From the IMG/VR virus record IMGVR_UViG_3300012984_000010: a stretch of DNA of 64,000 nucleotides; one strand, written 5' to 3'. A model generated the notes under the pieces. It had not been told where the DNA came from. It made no database searches and was given only the letters and a program-made list of their open reading frames with translations. This DNA is from a virus (taxonomy: Duplodnaviria; Caudoviricetes). A program made the position numbers and the translations under genes. Numbering within the stretch: position 1 is the first letter of the stretch; each line of letters begins with the position of its first letter. Shown piece after piece: positions 7,856 to 17,685 of this stretch.

Positions 7856-8341
7856 TCAATCGTATTCCCCACTCAGTGCCCTGTGTAGGTTTCCGATCGC
7901 ATCCTCAATCGACTTGGCGAAGGCCCAGCTCTCCTCAGCTTGGCGAAGCTTGCCGGCTGTGAAATCAGCCGAGCCTTTGTGATGACGGAACCGATTGTAG
8001 TTCCAATCATCCATCGCCTTCCCCAGCAATTTGGCCGCATCGGCCGCGTCAGTCCCATGGGGAGTACTTACCCGCTTGAGTATCCGATCAGCGTGCTTGT
8101 AGGCCGCCTCACCCTGTTCAAAGATCTTGTCGTAGGCAGTATTGAAGCGCCGCTTGGCAGTCTGGTCGGCATTGTCGACCTTCGACTTGAGCTGCTTCAT
8201 ACCCTCAAAAGTTTTGGTCAGCTGTTTCTCACGTGACTGGGATCGTGCCAAATCTGGGCCGATCCCAGTTTGAGCAGCAAAGCGGTCCACTACTCTTCTA
8301 GAGGCTTTTAGCTGACGGTACCGTCGGACCAGATTTTTCAC
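7856..8341 (-). CDS. Hypothetical protein (RVxxRF motif)
   Basis: ORF coupled to sigma-like gene; SRRVVDRFAA. Confidence 0.7.
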   Translation of the reverse strand: MKNLVRRYRQLKASRRVVDRFAAQTGIGPDLARSQSREKQLTKTFEGMKQLKSKVDNADQTAKRRFNTAYDKIFEQGEAAYKHADRILKRVSTPHGTDAADAAKLLGKAMDDWNYNRFRHHKGSADFTAGKLRQAEESWAFAKSIEDAIGNLHRALSGEYD

Positions 8342-9129
8342 GCAGCATCTCTCAAGTACTTCTGGAGCACTTTCTTGACGCCTGGGATGATGACCGCCTC
8401 AAGTTGATTCACACGAGGAGCCGACACTCCCCACTGGGTCGCAATATCCGAGCCCTTCAATCCTTCCAGCTTGGCCTCAAACCATTCGACCGCCTTGGGG
8501 TGCACTTTCTGAATATCGTCCATGATCCGACCCATCTCCGAATGAGGCAACATATTGTCCAGATGGCGGAATGAGCTGGGATCTGCCAGGTCTATCTGAT
8601 CTCCCATATCATCGGTCAACGAGTTCGGATTACCACGACTCTTCTGCTCACGCTTGATGTCGATCAAGACTCGAAGGGCCGACTGGAACATCATCGATTC
8701 CGATTGCTTGAGATCGTAACCTTCCTTGAAGGTTAGCTTGTGGCGAGCGATGTTCATCATCAACCTACTCAATACTTCCTCAGTAGTGTCCAGGTTGCGA
8801 GTCTTGCTAAGCAGGAAAGCATAGATCTTTTTGCCAAATTCATGCCCATACCCCTTGGGGAGACGATCAGGACCCTTGGGACCTTGGATCTTGTCTTTCC
8901 AAGTCTCGGCCGGTTCCCCATTGATGGGGGGCATGCCCGTCACTCCAGCTTTGATCATCTCAGCGTACACGAGACGTCCAAAGACATCGATGTACGCTGA
9001 AGCAAGCTTGAGGACGACGGTCGCTACCCTGTAACCCCAGGGTAGCGAGGCGTAGATACGACGGCTTAATTGCTGGGCTCTGGCCAGTACGGGGGAGTGC
9101 ATGGGAAGACCTCGAAAAGGTCTTCCCAT
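8338..9129 (-). CDS. Sigma-70-family-like factor
   Basis: Region-2-like TEEVLSRLMM...; C-terminal HTH LKGSDIATQWGVSAPRVNQL. Confidence 0.65.
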   Translation of the reverse strand: MGRPFRGLPMHSPVLARAQQLSRRIYASLPWGYRVATVVLKLASAYIDVFGRLVYAEMIKAGVTGMPPINGEPAETWKDKIQGPKGPDRLPKGYGHEFGKKIYAFLLSKTRNLDTTEEVLSRLMMNIARHKLTFKEGYDLKQSESMMFQSALRVLIDIKREQKSRGNPNSLTDDMGDQIDLADPSSFRHLDNMLPHSEMGRIMDDIQKVHPKAVEWFEAKLEGLKGSDIATQWGVSAPRVNQLEAVIIPGVKKVLQKYLRDAA

Positions 9130-9136
9130 AGAACAA

Positions 9137-10720
9137 TTAGTGGCGGGCCCGCACCTGCTGCTTGGTTTTGGTAACGCTTTCCAAGGCTTCCCTCAGCGTC
9201 ATCCCTTTCTTGGTATTGGCAATCACTTGGTCCAAAACCGCCATCCCAAGTTCCGAGGTTACGTCCAACCCATGACGGCGGATCTCGCTAACCAGGTCAC
9301 ACATGGCTTCCATGGGCATTTCCGAAAGGTCGGCCACACTGTCCTCCCAGGACCCAGATTCCTCCAACACAGCCGCTTTCGTGTAGACCCCCGAACTATC
9401 GGCCGCCAACAAGGTGCTACCATCCAAACCACGCTCCTTGTGTTTTCGGCCTCGGTACCGAAGGATGTTCTTGAAATGGTTCTTGACTGCTCGGGTCAAG
9501 TAGGTCTTAAAGCCACGTTCTGTTGCCTCTGGCCTACAGCGATCGAGGTCTCTGACCTCTGGTAGCAGACCACTAATGTCAAGAGTTTGGAGCTGGGCCG
9601 TGCTGTAGAGTGAAGCCTCATCCATCTCAACGCCTTGGACCGGCTTCAAAGCGAAAGGGGCGGCCAAGACAGCGGCTTGGAAGTCCTGATGGGTGACACC
9701 CAAGAAGCGGAGTGCTTGGGGGTAGGTCATTGTTGAAGGCAATTTGGAAAGGGCCGTGGAGGCAAACTTTTCCAGTACCTTCGCATTCATAAGTTTGAGC
9801 CAGATCTCCTGACAAACGTCATCCAATTCGTCAGAGGTCTTGATCGGCGAGATCCTCTTTACCTGATCAAACAGGTAGGCACCGTACTGGCTCGTCATCC
9901 CTTCGAATGTTCGAGGCAGACCTCGGGGCCACGCTTCCTGCTTCTCTGGGACGATTGCAGGCTGAGGGATCGGCCTCTCCACAACCTCCAGCTTTTCTAC
10001 CATCTGGGGAACCACTGTGACGACGGGCTTGGCCACCTCCTTGGTGGCTTTCAGACCGGCAAGGACCTTGCAGACGTGCTTCTTAAAGGCTTGCGTACGT
10101 CGAGCACACGTAGGCTTTCGAACCAACGCTACTTGAGCCCAATCCATCCTCAACGCAATTTCGAAAATGCTGGGTCCGAATAGGTAGACATCTTCAGAGA
10201 AAAGGTCGTCCCCACCACTCACCACCCATGGCACCAAACTGCTGGCTTGATTGGTCCAGGGAGTAGTTCGGCGTTCACCGTAGCGAGGAGCGTCAATACC
10301 GCCCCATGGCAGATTGCCACCAGCAGCCTTCAAGACGGCCTTCAGGACCTTCTTCCAGCCCGTCAGGTCGGTTCCCAGGGCATTACATACTTCCTTCTGA
10401 GACATGTCGTTCGGCATCGTCTTATCGACGGCGAATCGCTGGATAACGTCCCGTTTCTTCAACTCAAAAATGACGGCCGAGTTAGGTACGCCAAGTCGCT
10501 TGGCGGTTGCCTGAATGTCTTTTCGAAACATCGACCACAGGCCTCGATAGTCAGCAGGCAAGCCTACATGAGCCCTGGGCCCCGTAGCAATCTGCCACTC
10601 ATCGCACAATGTGCGTGACGCAGATGCACTGGTGTTTTGTACCTGTGTCAGCAATAAACCCCTTGTATTCTCACAATTCGCTTTTGGCGCATTAGTTGCA
10701 AAACCAGTAGTCCTACGCAT
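9137..10720 (-). CDS. Large protein with split ECF sigma region-2-like segments
   Basis: DELDDVCQEIWLKLM and FKTYLTRAVKNHFKNILR. Confidence 0.5.
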   Translation of the reverse strand: MRRTTGFATNAPKANCENTRGLLLTQVQNTSASASRTLCDEWQIATGPRAHVGLPADYRGLWSMFRKDIQATAKRLGVPNSAVIFELKKRDVIQRFAVDKTMPNDMSQKEVCNALGTDLTGWKKVLKAVLKAAGGNLPWGGIDAPRYGERRTTPWTNQASSLVPWVVSGGDDLFSEDVYLFGPSIFEIALRMDWAQVALVRKPTCARRTQAFKKHVCKVLAGLKATKEVAKPVVTVVPQMVEKLEVVERPIPQPAIVPEKQEAWPRGLPRTFEGMTSQYGAYLFDQVKRISPIKTSDELDDVCQEIWLKLMNAKVLEKFASTALSKLPSTMTYPQALRFLGVTHQDFQAAVLAAPFALKPVQGVEMDEASLYSTAQLQTLDISGLLPEVRDLDRCRPEATERGFKTYLTRAVKNHFKNILRYRGRKHKERGLDGSTLLAADSSGVYTKAAVLEESGSWEDSVADLSEMPMEAMCDLVSEIRRHGLDVTSELGMAVLDQVIANTKKGMTLREALESVTKTKQQVRARH

Positions 10721-10874
10721 CGACCCTCGATTTCATTTGATGTTGGACCCAACGGCCATGGGTCCGTGAGACTTAAGACCTACCTGACATCCCCCGGAGA
10801 CACAAAAATGTCGCGAAGAAGGTAGCATCGGTCCTACTGAACGGATTGGAGCGAGTCAAGAACGAAAAATAAGT

Positions 10875-11489
10875 GTGAAGGATTCGACACCTTCACCTCA
10901 AGCGGCCGATTGGTTGACCAACAACCAATCAAGCCCTATATTCATGTGTAATATCAGACAGATCAGACCAATGATTGAAGCTAACCTCAGAACTTCGGTG
11001 CCCCAAATTGGGAAGAGCCGAAAGGCCATCGATCTCGCCACCCTCTATTTGGAAAATCCCGAGCCAAAGCTTCGTCAAGAAGCCCTGTTCTGGATCACCA
11101 GATCGTACGAGAAGCAACGAGACCCAATCATTCGTCTGGCCCATCAACAGGTACTGGGCTTGCCCTTGACGGCTGCGAAGCTTTCCGTAGAGGGCCCCTC
11201 TGTTGCTCGTCGGTTCACCTATTTGGCTCAAGCTTGGATGGCTTGGATCAACGGTGAGGATCCCCTCATCAGCTTGGAAGCTGCTCCTAAGAAGCCTGAG
11301 GAGTTTGGAGGAGCTCTTCAATGGATGAGCCTTGATCCCTGGGAACAAGCCATCCGAGCTTTGGTTGACCAAAATACCGTTGAGGCCAAGCGTTTCTTCC
11401 GACGATCCATTCAGCTCGGAACCCAATGTCAAACTGACGGTAACCATGCCATTAGATGGACCTATGTTGCATCTTTCTTCCATTCCTGA
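10875..11489 (+). CDS. Hypothetical protein
   Basis: Divergent 204-aa ORF with normal composition. Confidence 0.6.
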   Translation: MKDSTPSPQAADWLTNNQSSPIFMCNIRQIRPMIEANLRTSVPQIGKSRKAIDLATLYLENPEPKLRQEALFWITRSYEKQRDPIIRLAHQQVLGLPLTAAKLSVEGPSVARRFTYLAQAWMAWINGEDPLISLEAAPKKPEEFGGALQWMSLDPWEQAIRALVDQNTVEAKRFFRRSIQLGTQCQTDGNHAIRWTYVASFFHS

Positions 11490-12199
11490 CCCAAACCTCA
11501 GGTGAGGCTCCGCTCTCTTCAAGAAGCATCGATCTTTCGACGATCCTTCCACCCAACATACTGCTAAACCCGAAGGGTTCATCGTATTAGCTGCTTGACC
11601 ATCATCACTTGCTGCTCTTCCTACTGCTGTTGCTCTATCTGGAGTATTTGGAGGACTTGTTGTAAAAGTAGCTAGAATGATACCTATCAAATGTGTTGTA
11701 AGTAGGTTGAAAGATTGAGGTTTGTTGAGTTTGATGATGGGTTCTCAGACTTCGAAGAGGTCTCAAGATCCAGTGTAGAGAGAAATGGATCTTGTTTGCA
11801 AGAGATGAGGACCGAAGGTCCTTGGATCACTCCTGTTAGGTCTTCTACTTGGCCTTCAGAAGAAAGAGAGACATCCGTCATCTCTCGATGCTTCCTAGCT
11901 AGGGGGTCTGTTTGAATCAGTGACTCCGACTGACAAACATTTTGACTGGGCCCTAGGTCGAGCGATCCTTCCTCATTGGAAAATGAGAGAAGGTCTGAGC
12001 ACTTGGTTTTTGTTGTCACAGGAGAAGACAGCTTCGGAGTAAGCTGCTCCTGTCCTTCCGAAGAAGACACAGAACCTGGTAACTGTGGTGAAAAGTGATT
12101 CATCCTAATTCCGGCCAACCGGTTGGCTAGTCGGAATTTTTAGCTATACATCAGGTGAGGCAGGGTTGCCAAGGCCTTTTAGCAAACAGGTGAGACAAA

Positions 12200-12520
12200 A
12201 TGCTCAGTGTGTTGAAAATTGACGATGTTCACGGAGAACCGAAGGTAAGACTGGAGCTCCCTAGTCTTCTCAGGAAGGGTGATCCGATCGCTCTCCGGTT
12301 TAGACTTGAGAGAGCAAATGGTGGTCGGCATGAGGTGCTCAACGTGAACGGACGCTTCCGCGTCACAGCTGTTGGCCTCGATGCTAGCTTCACGCCACAC
12401 AGGCAGCTCCTGACTGTTGAAGCGTTGGAGGTGGCGCCCATCTGGGTGGCGGTCAAAAAGTCCTCTACGGTGCCTCGTAGGCTCGCCCCAGCGGTCTCGC
12501 CGCGTACCCCTGTCCGTTAA
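12200..12520 (+). CDS. Hypothetical protein
   Basis: ORF with plausible composition; convergent with 12517-12849. Confidence 0.55.
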   Translation: MLSVLKIDDVHGEPKVRLELPSLLRKGDPIALRFRLERANGGRHEVLNVNGRFRVTAVGLDASFTPHRQLLTVEALEVAPIWVAVKKSSTVPRRLAPAVSPRTPVR

Positions 12521-12849
12521 AGACCCAACGCTGCTGCGGCTTCGATCGCTTCCGAGAGAACTTCTTCAAAAGAGGTCTCTAGCTCGGAGAACGGGATGCC
12601 CAGGCTGAGCCGTGCACCTACCAACAAGCGTCCCACCTCTGGCTCCGAATATGCTGCAAGCAGACTTTTGTGGCTGATGTGCGTCTTACGGAGCAGTTGT
12701 TCGATCGGACCCATCTTGCGAGCTTTGAACTGTCGCATCAACGCCGCTTCATCTGCAGCCCAAGTGCTTGGGTCCCCCAGTTCGGTCAACGCCTCTTGTC
12801 GCGTGATCCGTCGTCCGGTCATCTTCTGCTTGCGGAAACTGTTGGTCAT
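12517..12849 (-). CDS. Hypothetical protein
   Basis: 110-aa helical ORF. Confidence 0.55.
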   Translation of the reverse strand: MTNSFRKQKMTGRRITRQEALTELGDPSTWAADEAALMRQFKARKMGPIEQLLRKTHISHKSLLAAYSEPEVGRLLVGARLSLGIPFSELETSFEEVLSEAIEAAAALGL

Positions 12850-13431
12850 CGATCAGCCCTCACTCGTCAATGGTCGTCTGTGCCACCACGATCGCTTTTA
12901 CGGCGTCTTCAACGGTTGGGTTAAGTGATAGGCCGTCGACGTTCTCACGGGTCGTGCGGGGGCAGCTGGGTGCGTAGCCAACAACCTCCGCCCTTGGCAT
13001 CAGTCAGGCCCGCTCTGTACAGGTCTAGCTCTCGCTGTCCTTGTCGTTTACCCGCCAACCAACCGATGCTGATCCCTAACAGGAAAAACACGACGGCTCC
13101 AAGGGCTGAAAGGACAGGCAACATTCACCAGTCCTTTACACCGAATACTCAACCTGGTACTTAACCATCCAACTTCCTATCCGTTAGGGAAGAGGATGGC
13201 GAACCAGAAACTAAAAACTGAGATGAAGGGTCAAACCAGTCGCTGGTGTTGTCGGGCGGAAGCCAAGAAGGCTTCGAAGAAAGCTCGACGCATGAACGAC
13301 AAGCAGGCCGTCAGTTGGTCCAATTCTTGAATGTCTCGGTCAGCTGATCGCCCTGATAGGTTTCCAGCTGACCGCACCAGCGATGTTGTTTGGTGAAACA
13401 GTCCAGATCTTCCTCTGAACCTATTTCCTCT

Positions 13432-13869
13432 TCAGCTGCATGCTTGGGGCACCGAAGTTTGATCGGCTGATCCTTCGACTCGCTCATATCGGTTAAACCT
13501 TGCCAGTTGGATGGATCGCCCATCGTCGGTTTTGACGAGACCGTCTTCAACAGCAAGTACAATAAAAGAGGCTTTACGCCGAGGGTCTTTGGGCCGCCAG
13601 GTTTCTCCCACTGCTGGCGTCAGGCCTCCTTCCTGAACCTCTTGAGCTTCACTCTTTTGGTGAAGTTTTTTCAGCCGGAACGGATTTTCACTAGTAACCT
13701 CGTATTTGGTACCGGTTACGTTGAACCTGGTGCCAACCCTAGTTGAGATCCGTTTAAGAACGTCTTCATCGCTATCTAGCGCCCCAACCCTAACGACCGC
13801 CATGTGGCGGGTACCGTCCGGAAGTCTAACGCCAATTGTTTCTTCAAAGCCTTGATTCTGTGTCTGCAT
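13432..13869 (-). CDS. Hypothetical protein
   Basis: 145-aa ORF in minus-strand run. Confidence 0.6.
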   Translation of the reverse strand: MQTQNQGFEETIGVRLPDGTRHMAVVRVGALDSDEDVLKRISTRVGTRFNVTGTKYEVTSENPFRLKKLHQKSEAQEVQEGGLTPAVGETWRPKDPRRKASFIVLAVEDGLVKTDDGRSIQLARFNRYERVEGSADQTSVPQACS

Positions 13870-13891
13870 TGCGGCGCAGCATAGACACCAC

Positions 13892-14095
13892 CTACGCAGA
13901 AGTCGAGCGTTTGCTCAGGGGTAGTAGATTTTTGAGAACCCACTCGTAGTAGTTGCTGAAACCTATGGTGCCAAAGCGACGGACGTCGTGTAGTTCTTTG
14001 GCTTCCCCACACAACCGTTCGAAATTCTGGTCAGCCTCAGCAGAGCTGACTATTTCGCCTGGGTTCATCACTCCTGTAGGGGTCTCAGCCTTCAT
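13892..14095 (-). CDS. Hypothetical protein
   Basis: ATG 6 nt after class I motif 14102-14129. Confidence 0.6.
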   Translation of the reverse strand: MKAETPTGVMNPGEIVSSAEADQNFERLCGEAKELHDVRRFGTIGFSNYYEWVLKNLLPLSKRSTSA

Positions 14096-14132
14096 GGTAC
14101 ATCTAACGGATCTAACTCAAGTGAGTTAAGAG

Positions 14133-14516
14133 TTACACCGGAGGGGTTGCACGAACAATCTCGTGTCTGGTGACGTCTAGCTCTGGCGTGATGGCGTATA
14201 GGTAGGTGCCCGTGTTGTTGATGGGATCTAGATAGTCGGAGGCGTTGAAGGCGGACCGCCACACAGCGTGGCCGAACGAATTACCTGAGTAGACGAAGTA
14301 GGTCTTCCCATTCTTCTTGGCTGCATAAGCGGCAGCGATCGTCGCACTCTGAAGGTCTCCTTGGCTCTTGGCCGTCAGCTTGATTCGCTTGAGGCCTTCA
14401 GACGCCTTGAGTTCAGGGTGGGCGGGACCCAATGTAAGTTTGGTCCTTGCGGTTCTGTCGTAGGGCCGATCTTGACTAGCCGTCCAATCATAGGAGTACT
14501 TGTCAGTGGTAGTCAT
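14133..14516 (-). CDS. Hypothetical protein
   Basis: 127-aa ORF. Confidence 0.6.
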   Translation of the reverse strand: MTTTDKYSYDWTASQDRPYDRTARTKLTLGPAHPELKASEGLKRIKLTAKSQGDLQSATIAAAYAAKKNGKTYFVYSGNSFGHAVWRSAFNASDYLDPINNTGTYLYAITPELDVTRHEIVRATPPV

Positions 14517-15429
14517 ATTTGACGCCTAGTTCGTTCCAGATTTTTTGCATCTGACTAATGTCCATCTTGGCCGCCACGCTGAGGTTGGCCTTGAGCCAGT
14601 TGTAGAACAGCGGTGCAGTCTTCTTGTCCCTGGAGTGGTAGGCCGTGTCTTGCTTGAACTTGTTCACCTGACCGTCCTCATTCTTGCGTCCCTCAAATTC
14701 CACCGTACTGATTACAGTGAAGTCGGTCAGCTCCGCTTCGATCCGGAGGGTTGGGCTGGTGATTGAGATCTTGGTGGGGGCGCCAGCGGGAGTCACATCG
14801 ATCCCTCTCAGCTCGTTCTGGTTGATCTCGATCTCACCTGGGAAGTCGACCAGCAGATCCTTGAACAAGGACAGCATTTTATCATAGGTCTTGTAGTCCA
14901 TGAGCACTTTGCTCATGTTTTCCAACCACTCTTCCTTATTGCCTGGGTAGCGATGTGTGGGCGAAACACTCATCACACGGACCTTCTTCCCCCGCTTACC
15001 GGCGTTAGTGAGGTCCCAGATCTTGAAGAAATCGGCGAACCGGTGAACACGGGCTGAACCTATTTCGAAGGTCTTCCCAAGCGGAATGTTGGCCTTCTTG
15101 GTGTAACGGGCCACCACTCGTTTCGACATATTCGCTGCCATCTTGTTACCTTCCTGTAAAGCCTTCATCGCATTTTCCTTAACGTCAGCTCGCCAAATCT
15201 TGAACAGTCCCATCACCTTGTTCTGCTTGCGTCCTTTGGGGATAGGCTCGATTTCGATTGTCGGGTTGCCCCAGTGATCTTGAGAGAACGAGACGACTTT
15301 TCCACGGTGGTTCTTGTACTTACCATACAATATTACGTCACCAATACTGAAATAACTGGCGTAGAACCGACGGGCTACTTTGAGAACAAGACTCACGGCT
15401 TGAAGCCCATCCCCAACGTTGGGACCCAC
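14503..15429 (-). CDS. Hypothetical protein with SH3-like N-terminus and RVxxRY motifs
   Basis: IGDVILYGKYKNHRGKVV; KVARRFY; KRVVARY. Confidence 0.7.
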   Translation of the reverse strand: MGPNVGDGLQAVSLVLKVARRFYASYFSIGDVILYGKYKNHRGKVVSFSQDHWGNPTIEIEPIPKGRKQNKVMGLFKIWRADVKENAMKALQEGNKMAANMSKRVVARYTKKANIPLGKTFEIGSARVHRFADFFKIWDLTNAGKRGKKVRVMSVSPTHRYPGNKEEWLENMSKVLMDYKTYDKMLSLFKDLLVDFPGEIEINQNELRGIDVTPAGAPTKISITSPTLRIEAELTDFTVISTVEFEGRKNEDGQVNKFKQDTAYHSRDKKTAPLFYNWLKANLSVAAKMDISQMQKIWNELGVKYDYH

Positions 15430-16181
15430 AAATCATGAGTCATCTCCCACAAGAAAATCTCCTCATCCATCACACAGAAACCACCCTCACCCCACTCCGG
15501 TCCCCAAGAGTTCTTGACCAGAAACCCCAAGCCTTGGATGTGCCCCACCACCACCATCGCGTGCCCACCCAACAGGGTGTCGGTTGGCACCTTCCATGGT
15601 GTCAGGTCTGAGATTTTTTTGAACGCTCGGTTGATCTGGGTTCCGAATGCGATCGGGTGTTTGGACAGTAGAGCCTGCTTCATCGCCTCTATGCGGGCCT
15701 GACCCTCTTCAGTGATTCGGTAATAACTGTGAATCCGATGACCGGTGGCTGCCCGCATGGCCATCATATCGGGTAGAACATCTACCTTCGAAGTATCGTA
15801 GGGCCACCCTCCCGCCCCCATGGCCAAGTCCTCACGACATATCCCAAGGGTGGATAGAATCTGAAAACAGGTCCTCAGATGGGTCCCATCATCACGCGGA
15901 AACGTCTGTTCCAGATTTCTAGCCATACTGTAAACGAACAGTCTGGATAGTTGGACTGGTGGTAGCCCTTGAACAGCGTTCAGAATCTCTACCGAGTCGG
16001 CGGTGGCGTTTCCGGCACAAGACCCTATATCGTACTGATCCTGAACCGTACAGAATGGGCGTAGATCTGAGTCACCTACCCCAATTGTCAATCTAGGAGC
16101 TAGATCGAGGGAAAAACTGCGGTCAGGCTTTTCGCCTGGTACTTTGGGAGGATCGGGACGGTAGCCGTATTGAGGGGCCAT
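15393..16181 (-). CDS. Papain-like cysteine protease (C1 family)
   Basis: QDQYDIGSCAG, GGHAMVVVG, VKNSWGPEWGEGG. Confidence 0.92.
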   Translation of the reverse strand: MAPQYGYRPDPPKVPGEKPDRSFSLDLAPRLTIGVGDSDLRPFCTVQDQYDIGSCAGNATADSVEILNAVQGLPPVQLSRLFVYSMARNLEQTFPRDDGTHLRTCFQILSTLGICREDLAMGAGGWPYDTSKVDVLPDMMAMRAATGHRIHSYYRITEEGQARIEAMKQALLSKHPIAFGTQINRAFKKISDLTPWKVPTDTLLGGHAMVVVGHIQGLGFLVKNSWGPEWGEGGFCVMDEEIFLWEMTHDLWVPTLGMGFKP

Positions 16182-16244
16182 GCCTATCGGATGGGAAAAA
16201 AGGAATCACCATTCTATCGATGGACCGCCGAGGGTGGGTCCCCA

Positions 16245-16580
16245 ATGAAAAGTCTAGTCCTTCTGGTCTCGTTTTGGATGCTTTCGGCTTGTGTCACCAC
16301 TCCTCCAGCGGATTCGATCCCTGAACCGAAAGTCCTACCTGACAGTGAATTGTGTGAGCCTATGTGTGCCCACCTGGCGGAGCTCAAATGCCCTCAGGCT
16401 GAGACCCTTTACAACAATGACCTGCCAGGACCGCCAGATGTCCCTAACCAGACCTGTGGGATGTTCTGCCGTGAGATGCTTAGCAATGGGGTGCCGATGA
16501 ACCCCAAGTGTGTTATGTTGGTCAAATCTTGTGAGGAAATTGAGCCAGCTCGCACCAAAGACCCTACTACTTGTGGGTGA
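16245..16580 (+). CDS. Cys-rich putative lipoprotein
   Basis: Hydrophobic signal with lipobox MLSAC. Confidence 0.6.
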   Translation: MKSLVLLVSFWMLSACVTTPPADSIPEPKVLPDSELCEPMCAHLAELKCPQAETLYNNDLPGPPDVPNQTCGMFCREMLSNGVPMNPKCVMLVKSCEEIEPARTKDPTTCG

Positions 16581-16603
16581 ATAGTTCGGTGTAAAGTTGG
16601 TTC

Positions 16604-17428
16604 ATGGATATTGAACTAACGGCTAGGGTTGGAGGCATCTTTGCCTTGTTGGTATTGGTGCACTTTATCGCCGACTGGGTGTTCCAGTCACACGCTGAGG
16701 CGATGGCCAAACCTAGGGATTGGAAAGTTCGAGCCAAACACTGTTTGATCTATACGGTGCTCTGCTGTGCGATCATCTATCCTTTCAGGGGAGATTGGCT
16801 GATCTTAGCCGTATCAGCCGTACTGTTGTTCTTCAGTCACTTCCTAGAGGACACCTACATCCCTGTTTTCATCTGGGCTCGCCTGATCAGGAAGCCTGGA
16901 CCGATGGACAACCTGGATGACTTCGTGACGTTTGCTGAGACCTCATTGGGTAAGATCTTGCTGATCGTGATCGATCAGCTGGTACATTTGGTTTTCCTTC
17001 TTCCAGTGGCAGTCATGATTGTGTGTCCCCACACCATCTACCTGTGTGGATGGATCGGACTGGTGGGTATTTACGGACTTTGGTCATTGGTTGATGTGGG
17101 GGCACCTTTCCTCAAACCTACCTGGAAGCTTTGGGTAGACGACCAGTTGGATGAAGGGCTACCGGCTCGTCAAACCCCTTCTGGATATCTGGGCGCCAAA
17201 TCTTCTTTGGACGCTGTCAACTTGGTGCGGGCGAAGGGCTTACCGAAATACATGGACTTGGATTTCGACCTAGGAGGAGACGACACAGTGATGATCTTTC
17301 TCAAATGGTTGGAGTCAAATCACCCAGACGGACCTGTCCCTGAATACCGGATTCATTCTGAGAACGTAGAAGGCAGGAAGACTATCGAATCTTTCCTCAA
17401 TAGCTGGAAACGGAGTCTAACCCTCTAA
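16604..17428 (+). CDS. DUF3307 membrane domain fused to cyclic-phosphate-processing receiver (cREC) domain
   Basis: HFIADWVFQ...H...HF.ED...IDQ.VH; LWVDD...MDLDFDLG...IHSEN.EG. Confidence 0.75.
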   Translation: MDIELTARVGGIFALLVLVHFIADWVFQSHAEAMAKPRDWKVRAKHCLIYTVLCCAIIYPFRGDWLILAVSAVLLFFSHFLEDTYIPVFIWARLIRKPGPMDNLDDFVTFAETSLGKILLIVIDQLVHLVFLLPVAVMIVCPHTIYLCGWIGLVGIYGLWSLVDVGAPFLKPTWKLWVDDQLDEGLPARQTPSGYLGAKSSLDAVNLVRAKGLPKYMDLDFDLGGDDTVMIFLKWLESNHPDGPVPEYRIHSENVEGRKTIESFLNSWKRSLTL

Positions 17429-17685
17429 TGCTGGTCATTCAGATCCAGATGTGGCCTAAGGGCGACAAGTCGAAAGCCTATTCGCTTGGGACGTTGACGG
17501 TGGCGTTGAGCAAGGTGTTGACCAAGAACTTCTCCAACCGAGGTTACGATTGGGCGATCACCAAGAAAGGGGATCGCCAGACCTGGAAAACTGGCGAGAT
17601 TACTGGACACAATCCTCGAACCAGGGCACAGTGGGACCTCGTTTACCGAATTCTCAAGCAAGCGGTTGGAGATAGAAACCTGTGA
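17428..17685 (+). CDS. Hypothetical protein
   Basis: Translationally coupled ORF. Confidence 0.65.
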   Translation: MLVIQIQMWPKGDKSKAYSLGTLTVALSKVLTKNFSNRGYDWAITKKGDRQTWKTGEITGHNPRTRAQWDLVYRILKQAVGDRNL

